Shown: positions 35,863 through 45,425, counted from the stretch's first letter. The stretch is DNA of 64,000 nucleotides from an uncultured delta proteobacterium (GCA_963828255.1 CAWHDZ010000030.1:18674-82673); one strand, 5' to 3'. Program-made: numbers and translations. Notes: generated by a model not told the origin, from the letters alone.

Positions 35863-36900
35863 TCACGAACCCAGGTGGAGGACGCCCCGGACGAGGCCGT
35901 AGATGAGGGCCGCAGCCAGCGCCGAGGCCGGAATCGTGAAGATCCACGCCCAGATGATGCGTCCGGCCAGGCCCCAGCGCACGGCCCGATAGCCCTTGGT
36001 GGCCCCCACCCCGACGATGGCGCCGGTGATGGTGTGGGTGGTCGACACGGGGATACCGAGGTGGGAGAGGAAGAGGATGGTGACCCCGCCGCCCGTCTCG
36101 GCGGCGAACCCCCCGATGGGCTGCAGCTTGGTCAGCCCGTAGCCCATGGTCTTCACGATCCGCCACCCTCCGAAGAAGGTCCCGAGCGCGATGGCCGAGT
36201 GGGTGAGGAGCACGATCCACCAGGTCACGTGGAAGGGGCGGTCGGTCCAGATGGTCCCGTAGAGGATCACGCCGATGATGCCCATCACCTTCTGCGCGTC
36301 GTTCGAGCCGTGGCTGTAGCTGAAGATGGCCGAGGAGACGAGCTGCAGCTTCCGGAACCAGCCGTCGACGCGTCCGGGGCGGTAGGTCCGCACGATCCAG
36401 GCCGTCACGATCATGAGGCTCGAGCCGAGCGCCATGCCGATGAGCGGCGAGAGGACGATGAAGGCGGAGATCTTGAGGATCCCCGAGACCACCAGCCCCT
36501 TCACCCCGAGTGCGGGAATGGTCGCGCCCACCATTCCGCCGGCCAGCGCGTGGGACGACGAGGAGGGAAGCCCCCACCACCAGGTGAGCAGGTTCCAGAC
36601 GATGGCGCCCATGAGCGCGGCGAAGATCACCGCGAGCACGGTCTCCACGCCCTGCGCCTTCAGCAGGTCGAACTGGATGATGCCCTTGCCCACCGTCTGG
36701 GCCACGCGCAGCTCCCCGCCGAAGAAGACCGGGGCGGCGGCCACGAAGTTGAAGAAGGCGGCCCAGGCCACCGCCGTCACCGGCGAGAGCACCCGGGTCG
36801 AGACGATGGTGGCGATCGAGTTGGCCGCGTCGTGGAAGCCGTTGATGAAATCGAAGGCCAGCGCGACGAAGATGAGGCCGATGACGACGGCGAGGAGCAT
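35863..36900 (-). CDS. inorganic phosphate transporter (PiT/PHO4 family)
   Basis: NGFHDAANSIATIVSTR and a second copy of the motif (GSNDAQKVMGII). Multi-TM protein, 345 aa. Confidence 0.93.
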   Translation of the reverse strand: MLLAVVIGLIFVALAFDFINGFHDAANSIATIVSTRVLSPVTAVAWAAFFNFVAAAPVFFGGELRVAQTVGKGIIQFDLLKAQGVETVLAVIFAALMGAIVWNLLTWWWGLPSSSSHALAGGMVGATIPALGVKGLVVSGILKISAFIVLSPLIGMALGSSLMIVTAWIVRTYRPGRVDGWFRKLQLVSSAIFSYSHGSNDAQKVMGIIGVILYGTIWTDRPFHVTWWIVLLTHSAIALGTFFGGWRIVKTMGYGLTKLQPIGGFAAETGGGVTILFLSHLGIPVSTTHTITGAIVGVGATKGYRAVRWGLAGRIIWAWIFTIPASALAAALIYGLVRGVLHLGS

Positions 36901-36924
36901 GGGCGGATCGCGGGACGGGCCGCG

Positions 36925-37557
36925 TCAGGTGTTCTCGAGGACGACGTTCTCGATCACGTTGGCGACGTCCTCGGCCCGGTCGGTGGCGGTCTCGATCAGG
37001 TCGAGGATCTCCTTCCACTTGATGATGGTGAGCGCGTCGGCCCCGCTGCGGAAGAGATCGGCGAGGGCGCGGCGGAGGAGCGAGTCGGCCTGGTTCTCGA
37101 GCGAGTTGATCTCCAGGCAGGCGTCGAGGATCCGCTGCGCGTCCTTGATGTTCCGGAGTCCGTGCACCGCTTCCTGCATCTTCCGGGTCTGGGCGAGGAG
37201 CACGGTCGCGAGCTCGCGGGCCTCCGGGAGGAGGGTCTGGATGTCGTAGAGCCCCACCCGCTCGGAGGCCGCGTCGGTGAGGTCGAGGACGTCGTCGATG
37301 GCGGAGAGGAGTCGGTGGATCACCGCCCGATCGAAGGGGGTGATGAACTGTGTGTAGAGGAGCGCGAAGGCGGCGTGGGTCACGTCGTCGGCCTTGTGCT
37401 CGACGTCCTTGATCCCCTTCACCTTTCGCGGGACGTCCGTGAAGTCCTCGAACAGTTCCTTCAGGAGGCGCGCTCCCTCGACGGTGAGCGCGGCCTGCTT
37501 CTCGAAGGCGTCGAAGAAGGCGTCGGTCTTCGGCATCAGCTTCGTGAGGATCGACAC
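36925..37557 (-). CDS. DUF47 / PhoU-like phosphate-transport regulator
   Basis: It lies upstream of the PiT gene, as is usual for this pair. MPKTDAFFDAFEKQA...HKADDV...ENQADSL...IKWKEILDLIETATDRAEDVANVIENVVLEN. Start is either GTG 37557 or ATG 37536. Confidence 0.85.
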   Translation of the reverse strand: MSILTKLMPKTDAFFDAFEKQAALTVEGARLLKELFEDFTDVPRKVKGIKDVEHKADDVTHAAFALLYTQFITPFDRAVIHRLLSAIDDVLDLTDAASERVGLYDIQTLLPEARELATVLLAQTRKMQEAVHGLRNIKDAQRILDACLEINSLENQADSLLRRALADLFRSGADALTIIKWKEILDLIETATDRAEDVANVIENVVLENT

Positions 37558-37680
37558 GCGCGTCTCCCGGTGGGGTGAAAGCGCGCGGACAATACCTTCG
37601 AACGTGGGAGGTTCCAACGACTCCGGCGGCCGAGCGAAAAAGACGAGACATGACGGGGGGTTCCAGCTAAGGGTGCTTTC

Positions 37681-38889
37681 GTGACCCAGAAACTCCACCT
37701 CTCCGACACATATTTGACCGATTTCGAGGCCACGATCACCGCCACGCGTGTGCGCGACGGCCGGGCCGCGGTCGTCCTCGACCGCACCGCCTTCCATCCC
37801 GAGGGCGGGGGACAGCCGGCCGATCACGGTGCCGTCGGCGGCGCCCCCGTCGTCGACGTGGTCGAGGTCGACGGGGAGATCCTCCACGTCCTCGGGTCCG
37901 GCGACGGGCCTTCGGCTGGCTCCCGGGTTGCCTGCACGGTGGACTGGGCGCGACGCTTCGACCACATGCAGCAGCACCACGGCCAGCACCTGCTCTCGGC
38001 GGCGTTCCAGCGGCTGCGCGGGGCGGCCACGACCTCCTTCCACCTCGGGGTGGAGACCTGCACCATCGACCTCGACCAGCCGCCGGCCCGGCTCCCGCAG
38101 GAGGCGCTCTCCGCGGCGGAGGCCGAGGCAAACCGGCTCGTGTGGGCCGACCTACCGGTCGACGCGCGGGAGCGCACGCCGGAGGAGCTGACCGCGCTGC
38201 CGCTCCGGAAGGACGCGACCAAGGGGGCGCGCGTGGTGGTGGTCGGCAGCGCCGGCGACCTGGTGGACGCATCGCCCTGCGGAGGGACCCACCCGCGAAG
38301 GACCGGGGAGGTGGGCGCCGTCGCCGTGCTCCGGGCCCAGAAGTGGGGTGCGGGCACGCGGGTCGAGTTCGCATGCGGCGGCAGGGTGCTCGCACTCCTG
38401 CACCAGGCCGAGGAGCGGCTCTCCCAGGCCAGCGCGGTGCTGCGCTGCGCTCCTCCGGAACTGGCCGTCGCGGTCGGGAAGCTCTCCGAGGAGGGGCAGG
38501 CGCGGCGCAAGGAGCTCGGGGTGCTGCTCGAGACGCTCGCCGGGGTGGAGGCGGAGCGGCTCGCGGGGATCCACCCGGCCGGCGTGCCGGTGTCGGCCAG
38601 GCTTTCCGGTCCGATGGGGTCGCCGGCGGGGCTAAAGGCGGTCGCCCAGGCCCTCGCCGCGCGCGGCCGAATCGCGCTCGTCGGCGCCGTCGACGGGGAG
38701 CGGGCCCACCTGTGCTTCGCCCGGGCGCGCGGTCCGGGAGTGAACCTCGGAGAGCTCCTCCGGCAGTCGGTGGCGCTGCTCGGCGGCAAGGGGGGCGGCG
38801 CGCCCGAGCTCGCCCAGGGCAGCGGGCCGGACCCGGTCCGTCTCGACGAGGCGCTCGCCGTGGCCGCGTCGCGCGCCGGGGTAGAGTAG
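37681..38889 (+). CDS. alaX: alanyl-tRNA editing protein (AlaX-L type)
   Basis: HHGQHLLSAAF (HxxxH) and SPCGGTHP (CxxxH zinc motif) match the threonyl/alanyl tRNA synthetase SAD editing domain. It has a C-terminal DHHA1-like region. Confidence 0.82.
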   Translation: MTQKLHLSDTYLTDFEATITATRVRDGRAAVVLDRTAFHPEGGGQPADHGAVGGAPVVDVVEVDGEILHVLGSGDGPSAGSRVACTVDWARRFDHMQQHHGQHLLSAAFQRLRGAATTSFHLGVETCTIDLDQPPARLPQEALSAAEAEANRLVWADLPVDARERTPEELTALPLRKDATKGARVVVVGSAGDLVDASPCGGTHPRRTGEVGAVAVLRAQKWGAGTRVEFACGGRVLALLHQAEERLSQASAVLRCAPPELAVAVGKLSEEGQARRKELGVLLETLAGVEAERLAGIHPAGVPVSARLSGPMGSPAGLKAVAQALAARGRIALVGAVDGERAHLCFARARGPGVNLGELLRQSVALLGGKGGGAPELAQGSGPDPVRLDEALAVAASRAGVE

Positions 38890-38894
38890 CGGCG

Positions 38895-39410
38895 ATGGCC
38901 ATCGACCTCGGCGATCCCCTCCGCTGGCGCGAATCGCTCCCGGCCCGCCAGCCGGTCTCGAGCGAGGTCGCGGCCGGAGCCGTGGCCGGCGTCGTCGGCG
39001 GACTGGTGGCCTGGGGCGTCGCCATGATGCTCCTGCCGGAGGGCGAGGGGGGGCTCCTCCCGCTCCGGCTCGTCGCCGCGACCCTCTTCGGCCCATTCGC
39101 GGTCGCGCCGGAGAACGTCGGGCTGCCGGCCTTCGTGGGCGCGCTCCTGGTCGGGTTCGCTGCCATCGCCTACGGGCTGATCTTCGTCTCCATCCTGCGG
39201 CCGGCCGCCACGCTGCGCCGTTCCATCGGCGTCGGCGCGGTTTACGGATTCGTCCTCTACGCCCCGGCCTGGCTGGGGATCGTGCACGTCTTCGACCCGC
39301 TCCTCTACCAGGCGGGCCAGGGGCGTGGGGTGGTGATCCTGGCCCTCCACGGCCTCTACGGCGCGACCATGGGATTCCTCGTCCCCTTCCTCCGCAAGGT
39401 CCTGCCCTAG
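38895..39410 (+). CDS. membrane protein, unknown function (171 aa)
   Basis: ATG at 38895. Four hydrophobic segments (AGAVAGVVGGLVAWGVAMMLL, AFVGALLVGFAAIAYGLIFV and others). The tracked ORF upstream is shadow frame. Confidence 0.65.
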   Translation: MAIDLGDPLRWRESLPARQPVSSEVAAGAVAGVVGGLVAWGVAMMLLPEGEGGLLPLRLVAATLFGPFAVAPENVGLPAFVGALLVGFAAIAYGLIFVSILRPAATLRRSIGVGAVYGFVLYAPAWLGIVHVFDPLLYQAGQGRGVVILALHGLYGATMGFLVPFLRKVLP

Positions 39411-39688
39411 GAAGACGGCGGGCCAGGTTCACGCAAGGTGACGAGCGTGGCGCCCCAGCCGCCGCCGTCCTCCCCGGCCGTGCGAAAGGAGACGACCAGG
39501 GGGTGGCGCTCGAGCGTCGCCTGGACGGTGCGGCGGAGCGCGCCGATCCCCTTGCCGTGGACCACGCGGACCTCGCGCAGGCCCGCCTCGGCGCAGGCCT
39601 CGAGCCAGTCGGACACCACGTCGGCGGCGTCCGCGGGGCGGAACGTGTGCAGGTCGAGGGTCCCGTCGATGGGGAGGCGGTGCTCCAC
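39407..39688 (-). CDS. Smr-domain protein
   Basis: LDLHTFRPADAADVVSDWLEACAEAGLREVRVVHGKGIGALR matches the Smr/MutS2 C-terminal domain pattern (LDLHG...VIHGKG). Confidence 0.78.
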   Translation of the reverse strand: MEHRLPIDGTLDLHTFRPADAADVVSDWLEACAEAGLREVRVVHGKGIGALRRTVQATLERHPLVVSFRTAGEDGGGWGATLVTLREPGPPSS

Positions 39689-39695
39689 GCGGGAC

Positions 39696-40492
39696 TCAGA
39701 AGGCGAAGGTCATCGCGAAGGCGGGGGCGCGCAGCGCCGTGCCGGTCGAGGGGGCCGGGCTGGGGGGGTGGAACAACCGGGAAATGGCCCATCCCATGAG
39801 ACCACCCAGGGCGGCGCCGACGAGGACGTCGGAGAGCCAGTGCTGGTCGGCGCCGATCCGGAGGTAGGCGACGGCGGCGGAAAGCGTGAACCCCACGCCG
39901 GCCGCGATCCCGACGCCCGGGTAGCCGCGCATGGCGGCCACGGTGACGGTGGCCGCTGCGACCGAGAAGGCGAACGACGTGTGCCCCCCGGAGAAGGACA
40001 GGTGGTCCTCGCTCCTCGCGTACCCGAGGTCGTTTCCGAAGAACGCGTGCGGGCGCTGGCGACCCACGAGGAGCTTCACCACCTGGTTCACGAGCAGGGC
40101 CGCGGCGGCGGCCTGGGTCACGAGCAACCTGTCCACCAGTCCGGCGTTCACGTCCCCGCCAGCGTTCGCGGAGAGGAGGAGGTAGGTCGCCGCCGAGGCC
40201 GGGATCACGGCGTCGATCACCGTGGACAGGAGGTCGGCCGTTCGTTCCCCTCCCTCCCAGACCAGGGCGTTGCGGACGGCTGCGTCGATGGGCCCCGGCG
40301 TGCACCAGCGGCAGCTCTCCGGCAGGAGCCCGGGCTGGAAGACGGAGAGGAGGATCACCGAGACCCCATCGCGCCGGTGATCGATGCGTCGAGCGCGAGG
40401 TTGTACTGGAGCGGGACCGGGGGCTCGGCTCCGCGGGCCGGCGGGGCGACGGCGATCACGAGCGCCAGGGCGAGCGAGCGCAGGACGGGCAT
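39696..40492 (-). pseudogene. PAP2-family lipid phosphatase with a 1-nt frame break after the signal/TM1 region
   Basis: The catalytic frame carries KLLVGRQRP, SFSGGHTS and RIGADQHWLSD (PAP2 motifs C1-C3). ATG 40492 opens MPVLRSLALALVIAVAPPARGAEPPVPLQYNLALDASITGAMG in another frame, which stops at 40355. The two frames join cleanly at the C4 run at 40364-40367. Confidence 0.7.
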
Positions 40493-40583
40493 CGGCGTAC
40501 CTTAGCACCGGGCGCGTGCTAGCTTCGGTCCATGCGTCTCGCACCGGTCGCCGCCATCCTCTTGTCTCTGCCTGTCGGCGCCG

Positions 40584-41156
40584 GTGGCGCGCGCCGAGGA
40601 CGACGCCCGGGCCGCACCGGCGAACGCCCCTCCCCCGACGCTCACCAGGCTCTCCTACGACTGGACGGTCGACGGCATCGTCACGGGAGGGCTCGTGGTG
40701 AGCACGCTCACGCTGCTCCTCCTGACCCAGGCGACCAGCCTCGCCATGCTCGTGAACGTGATCGTGAAGTACTCGGTGGGACGGTCCCGCCCGTACGTGT
40801 GGCACGGCACCCCAGATCTCTACCCGGCGTCCGTCTCCGACGCGAACGTCTCGTTCTTCGGTGGCCACACGACCTTCGTCTTCGCCGTGGTGGTGTCGGG
40901 GAGCACGCTGTTCTTCATGCAGGACATGCCCGGAGCTCCCTGGGTGCTCGGCGTCGGACTCGCCGCGGCGAGCTTCACCGCCTACCTGCGAATGGCCGCG
41001 GAGAAGCACTACCTTTCCGACACCCTGGTCGGCGCGGGCGTGGGAAGCCTGATCGGCTGGGCGGTTCCCTATCTCTTCCACCGGCCGGGCAGGAAGGGCC
41101 CGCCGCAGGCCGGCGACCTCCTCCCCGCGCCCGGCGGGATCGCCATCGCCTGGTAG
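40584..41156 (+). CDS. PAP2-family lipid phosphatase (divergent paralogue)
   Basis: Motifs KYSVGRSRPY, SFFGGHTT and RMAAEKHYLSD. GTG start at 40584. A signal-like ORF (ATG 40532, MRLAPVAAILLSLPVGAGG) lies immediately upstream in a different frame, so the true N-terminus is uncertain. Confidence 0.75.
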   Translation: MARAEDDARAAPANAPPPTLTRLSYDWTVDGIVTGGLVVSTLTLLLLTQATSLAMLVNVIVKYSVGRSRPYVWHGTPDLYPASVSDANVSFFGGHTTFVFAVVVSGSTLFFMQDMPGAPWVLGVGLAAASFTAYLRMAAEKHYLSDTLVGAGVGSLIGWAVPYLFHRPGRKGPPQAGDLLPAPGGIAIAW

Positions 41157-41177
41157 ACCCCGCGGCGCCCGGCGCCG

Positions 41178-43211
41178 TCAATCGTTCGGGGCGATCTGGA
41201 AGCCCAGGTTCAAGCTCAGGATCTCCCCGGTGTCGAAGGGGCTCGCCTGCCAGGCCAGAGTGGGCGCCTGGACGAGCAACTCGATCATGCCCGCGGAGAG
41301 CGCCACGCCGATGCGGGAGCCCGCCTGGAGGTAGTACTGGTTCGGCGGGGAACCGCGTGCACCCGTCGAGGGGTCGTCGATCGGGATCCCCCGGACCTTC
41401 GGGCCCCCCTCGATCCGGACCGGGACGATCGAGAGTCCGAGCCAGGCGAGGAAGTTCCACCGGACCTCGAGGGCGCCCGTGAGCGTCAGGTAGCTCGTGT
41501 CGGGGCTCGTGTTGCGGACTCCCATCTCCAGCGAGCCGCCGTAGGCGGTGGCCAGCCGGTCCCCCCAGGGGTTGCGATCCCACATGAGCCGGGCGCCCAG
41601 GGCGGCGAGCCCTCCCATCACCGCGCTGTCCGGCGCGGAGGCCTGGGGGATCGGCGTGGCGTCGAGGAACAGCGACCAGGTCGTCTCCCGCCCCTTCAGG
41701 CGGCCGAACCAGAGCGGCGCAGGAGCCCAATCGTCGTCGTGGACCGGGACGATCTCCTCGGAGTGCCGGGTGAGGTGTCCACCAGCGACTCTCTTCCGGG
41801 TGGGGGTGTAGCCCACGACCAACCCGAAGGACCAGTTGACGCGCACGTTGCGCCACTCGATCTCGACCGGGCCTTGCAGGGAGATGGAAAGGTTCTCGGT
41901 GGCGTGGAAGTCGAACATCAACCCCTGCGAGTAGATCTCCCACCCACTCCCCGATCCACCGAACGTGAAGCGCCCGCCGAGCGGGTAGAAGCCGATGGCC
42001 GACCGGTGGTCGATCGGCACGCCGAGGATGAGCCCGGCCCCGACGACGCCCAGGTTGGCCGCCTCCCGGTACATGCGCCGGTAGCCGGCCTCGGCGTCGA
42101 GGCCGAACACGAACGGGCTCGCCTGCTGCGTCCACCGGAAGAGCCGGAAGGTTCCCGTGACGTCGTAGAAGCCCCGGGTCGGGTTGATGGTGGTCCCGCC
42201 ACCGAAGAGCATGCCGCTGGCCTGGACCAGCTCGGCCGGCTGCTTCGCCTGGCACTCCACCCCCTCGCAGGGATTCGACGGGGCGAACCAGCGGGCCTTG
42301 TACTCCTTCCAGGCCGCCGACTCCTGGGGATCGGCATGCACCCCGGGTGTGGCGCGGACCTTCGTGAGGCGGAGGTCGCGCACCAGGACGAGGAGCTCGA
42401 CCAGCGCCCGCCGCGCATGGTCGCCCTCCTCGGAGAGGCAGGCGACGGGAACCGTGTAGGGGAGATTGATGAGCTCCTTGCAAGGGCGCCCCTTCACCAT
42501 CGCGAAGGTCCGGATGTAGGCGCTGTCGCGCACGTCGGCCGCGTCGTGCTGCAGGGGGGAGTCGGCGTAGTAGTCGCTGAGGCGGCTCACCAGGAGCCCG
42601 GAGACGGGCCCCCAGACGCGCAGGTAGTCGACCTTCAGCGTTCCCGGGATGCGCTCCACGTGGGCGTAAGAGAAGGAGTCGGTCACGGTGTGCATGAGCT
42701 CGTACAGCCCGTAACCGCTCTCCCGGGTACCGGCGCCGCCCACCACGACCACCTGCCGCATCATGTCCTCGACCATGTTGGTGCAGCGGGCGACAGCGGT
42801 GGTCGCGAGGCCGCGCGGCACGTGCCGCCCGTCGAGCGGGACGGTGCCCTCGTCGGACAGCATCGCCATGAAGTGGATGCACTGTCCTGGCTTGCTGAAC
42901 TGCCGGCTGTAGTTGTTGTCGGGGCGGTCCGTACGCGGCTGGGGCCACGCCAGGAGCGGATTCTCCGACACCGCCTCGAGGCAACGCTCCGGCTGGTTGG
43001 CCCCGAAGCAGAAGGGGGAGGCCAGCGCGCCGTCGTTGATGAGGTCGCGGAGGACTTCCGGCCGCGGCGGCTGGCCGTCGCCGCCCTCGAGCAGCGTCCG
43101 GTAGGCGAGCGCCTCGATGACCCGGTGCCCCTCGGTGTCGAAGGCGAGGCACCACCCGGGAGCGGCGAGGAGCGCAGCTCCGAGCAGGATCGATGTTCCT
43201 CGGGTCGACAC
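41178..43211 (-). CDS. secreted S1/P1-nuclease / zinc phospholipase-C-fold protein with a C-terminal beta-barrel-like domain
   Basis: Start chosen at GTG 43211, preceded by GGAAGGAGA. Signal VSTRGTSILLGAALLAAPGWCLA. Ligand-like spacing: FDTEGH; D-x14-H (DNNYSRQFSKPGQCIH); H-x3-D-x5-H (HTVTDSFSYAH); H-x3-D (HDAAD). The C-terminal approximately 300 aa is Gly/aromatic-rich with alternating strand patterns. Confidence 0.7.
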   Translation of the reverse strand: MSTRGTSILLGAALLAAPGWCLAFDTEGHRVIEALAYRTLLEGGDGQPPRPEVLRDLINDGALASPFCFGANQPERCLEAVSENPLLAWPQPRTDRPDNNYSRQFSKPGQCIHFMAMLSDEGTVPLDGRHVPRGLATTAVARCTNMVEDMMRQVVVVGGAGTRESGYGLYELMHTVTDSFSYAHVERIPGTLKVDYLRVWGPVSGLLVSRLSDYYADSPLQHDAADVRDSAYIRTFAMVKGRPCKELINLPYTVPVACLSEEGDHARRALVELLVLVRDLRLTKVRATPGVHADPQESAAWKEYKARWFAPSNPCEGVECQAKQPAELVQASGMLFGGGTTINPTRGFYDVTGTFRLFRWTQQASPFVFGLDAEAGYRRMYREAANLGVVGAGLILGVPIDHRSAIGFYPLGGRFTFGGSGSGWEIYSQGLMFDFHATENLSISLQGPVEIEWRNVRVNWSFGLVVGYTPTRKRVAGGHLTRHSEEIVPVHDDDWAPAPLWFGRLKGRETTWSLFLDATPIPQASAPDSAVMGGLAALGARLMWDRNPWGDRLATAYGGSLEMGVRNTSPDTSYLTLTGALEVRWNFLAWLGLSIVPVRIEGGPKVRGIPIDDPSTGARGSPPNQYYLQAGSRIGVALSAGMIELLVQAPTLAWQASPFDTGEILSLNLGFQIAPND

Positions 43212-43318
43212 GGGCGTCTCCTTCCGTCGACGGCGCGGAAGACTAGACCGCCCCTCCGCATCGGAAGGCAAACGGGTCCCGAACACCCCCGGGCAACGGA
43301 GTAGATTGCCCCCTCGCC

Positions 43319-45190
43319 GTGATCGAGCCCATCGACCTCACTGCCCACCTGGCCCGTCTCGCCAGCCTCCTCGGCGCGGAGCGGGAGGAGGAGAAGGCGC
43401 GTCTCGCCGACGCCGCAGCGCGGCTCAGCCTCGCCGAGCGCGAGGCCCGGGGCCTGGCCCTCGCCGACGTGGAGGCGCTCGACGAGGCGGTCCTGGCCGG
43501 CCGGGCGCTCGTCACCTACGGACGGCCCGGACGGCCGCTCGGCGCGTCGCGCATCGGAGTGGGGGCGCTGGTGCGGGTGGAGCTGCGCCGGGAGAAGCGG
43601 GACGATGCGCCTGCGGGCGTGGTGGCGCGCCGCAGCCGGGACCGGGTCGCCGTCGCCTTCGACGAGCCACCGCCGGACTGGGCCACCTCGGGGCGGGTCT
43701 CCCTCGAGCTCGTGCCCTCGCCGGTGACGTGGGAGCGGCTCTCCGCCGGGCTCCGGCGGGTGGGGTCCGAGGACGGAAAGCGCTGGCACGCGGTGCTCCG
43801 CGGGGAGGCGCCGCGCTTCCTTCCGCGGCCACGCGGGCCGGCTCTGCCCACGAGCCTGGCCCCGGAGCAGGAGGCAGCGCTCGACCTGGCGGACCGGGCA
43901 CTCGACCTCGCGCTCGTCCACGGTCCACCCGGAACCGGAAAGACCACCGTGCTCGTCGAGGTGATCCGGCGCGCCGTGGCGCGCGGGGAGAGGGTGCTCG
44001 CCGCGGCGCCCTCCAACCTGGCCGCCGACAACCTGCTCGAGCGGCTGGTCGCGGCCGGGGTGGACGGCGTGCGCGTCGGCCACCCGGCGCGCGTGGTGCC
44101 GGCCCTGCTCGACCGGACGCTGGAGGCCCGGGTGGAGGGGCACGAGGCGGTGCTCATCGCAGCCGGGCTCGTCGAGGAGGCCCTCTCGCTCCGGCGCGAA
44201 GCGCGCAAGCGGCGGGAGAAGCGCGGGCCGGGGCGTTTCAGCGAGGCGCGCGACGCCGAGCGGAGGGCCCGGGAGCTGCTCGCCGAGGCCCGCAGGCTCG
44301 AGGACCGGGCCGAGCGGGACGTGCTCGACCGGGCGCCGGTGGTGGTGGCGACCCTCACCGGCGTGGACGCCCCGGTCCTCTCGGGGCGACGCTTCGTGCT
44401 CGCCGCCGTGGACGAGGCCACCCAGGCGGTGGAGCCGGCGGCCATCCTGGCGCTGCTCCGCGCCGATCGCGCCGTCCTGGCAGGCGACCACCTCCAGCTC
44501 CCGCCCACCGTCATCTCGGCGGCGGCGGCCGCGGGCGGGCTCGGGGTCTCCCTCTTCGAGCGGCTGGCCCACGCCCACGGGGATGCGGCCATGGTCACCC
44601 TCGTCGAGCAGCGGCGGATGAACGAGGCCATCATGCGGTTCCCGTCGCAAGCCATGTACGGAGGGCGCCTGCGGGCCCACCCGTCGGTGGCCGGGTGGAA
44701 GCTCGACGAGGAGCCGCTGCTCTTCGTGGACACCGCAGGAACGGGATTCGAGGAGGGAACGCCGGAGGGCTCCGACTCGCGCCACAACGAGGGGGAGGCG
44801 GAGCTGGTCGCGCGCGAGGTGGAGCGGATCCTCGCGCTCGGCGTCGCGCCGGGCGACGTGGCGGTGATCTCCCCGTACGACGCGCAGGTGCAGCGGCTCC
44901 GGCAGATTCTCGCGACGCGCGTGGAGGAGGGGGTGGAGGTGGACTCGGTGGACGGGTTCCAGGGGCGCGAGAAGGACGCGGTGGTGGTGTCGCTGGTGCG
45001 CTCGAACGACCTCGGCGAGGTGGGGTTCCTCTCCGACGTGCGGCGCATGAACGTGGCCATCACGCGGGCGCGCAAGAAGCTCGTCGTGGTCGGCGACTCG
45101 GCCACCGTGGCCCGCCATCCCTTCTACGAGGCGTTCGTGCGGCACGCGCAGGACGTCGGGGCGTGGGTCTCGGCGTGCGGGCGCGAGTAG
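43319..45190 (+). CDS. SF1 Upf1/DNA2/IGHMBP2-like helicase
   Basis: Walker A GPPGTGKTT, Walker B DEATQA, VDGFQGREKD and NVAITRARKKLVVVGD. The N-terminal approximately 190 aa resembles the IGHMBP2-type barrel/stalk region. Confidence 0.9.
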   Translation: MIEPIDLTAHLARLASLLGAEREEEKARLADAAARLSLAEREARGLALADVEALDEAVLAGRALVTYGRPGRPLGASRIGVGALVRVELRREKRDDAPAGVVARRSRDRVAVAFDEPPPDWATSGRVSLELVPSPVTWERLSAGLRRVGSEDGKRWHAVLRGEAPRFLPRPRGPALPTSLAPEQEAALDLADRALDLALVHGPPGTGKTTVLVEVIRRAVARGERVLAAAPSNLAADNLLERLVAAGVDGVRVGHPARVVPALLDRTLEARVEGHEAVLIAAGLVEEALSLRREARKRREKRGPGRFSEARDAERRARELLAEARRLEDRAERDVLDRAPVVVATLTGVDAPVLSGRRFVLAAVDEATQAVEPAAILALLRADRAVLAGDHLQLPPTVISAAAAAGGLGVSLFERLAHAHGDAAMVTLVEQRRMNEAIMRFPSQAMYGGRLRAHPSVAGWKLDEEPLLFVDTAGTGFEEGTPEGSDSRHNEGEAELVAREVERILALGVAPGDVAVISPYDAQVQRLRQILATRVEEGVEVDSVDGFQGREKDAVVVSLVRSNDLGEVGFLSDVRRMNVAITRARKKLVVVGDSATVARHPFYEAFVRHAQDVGAWVSACGRE

Positions 45191-45425
45191 CGTGCGCGGG
45201 GCGCCTTCGTTCCGTCAGGCCGGCTGCCGCCGGCGCCTGGGCGTCCCTCTCCGCGGCGCTGGTCCTCCCGGCGGTGTCGTTCACTTCGCGTGAATGGCGC
45301 CGGGTCACACCGGGCCAGAGCATCGCCAGTACCCGGCGCCCGGTGCGGGGCGCCGCTCGAGGGACGCCCGCGCCGGCTGGGACGGCCCGGGCCGAAGGCG
45401 ACGCGAACGCGCGCTTCGAGGGGAG
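45191..45425 (+). repeat. structured intergenic repeat, copy C
   Basis: Starts 1 nt after the helicase TAG. Same conserved blocks and arm complementarity as copies A and B. Confidence 0.85.

Noticed and set aside
40532-40590. Calling the plus-strand PAP2 gene a definite frameshifted pseudogene.
   Set aside because: GTG 40584 sits exactly at the frame junction. It gives a plausible N-in PAP2 protein without a signal peptide, so the gene may be intact. Only the minus-strand paralogue has homology crossing the break.
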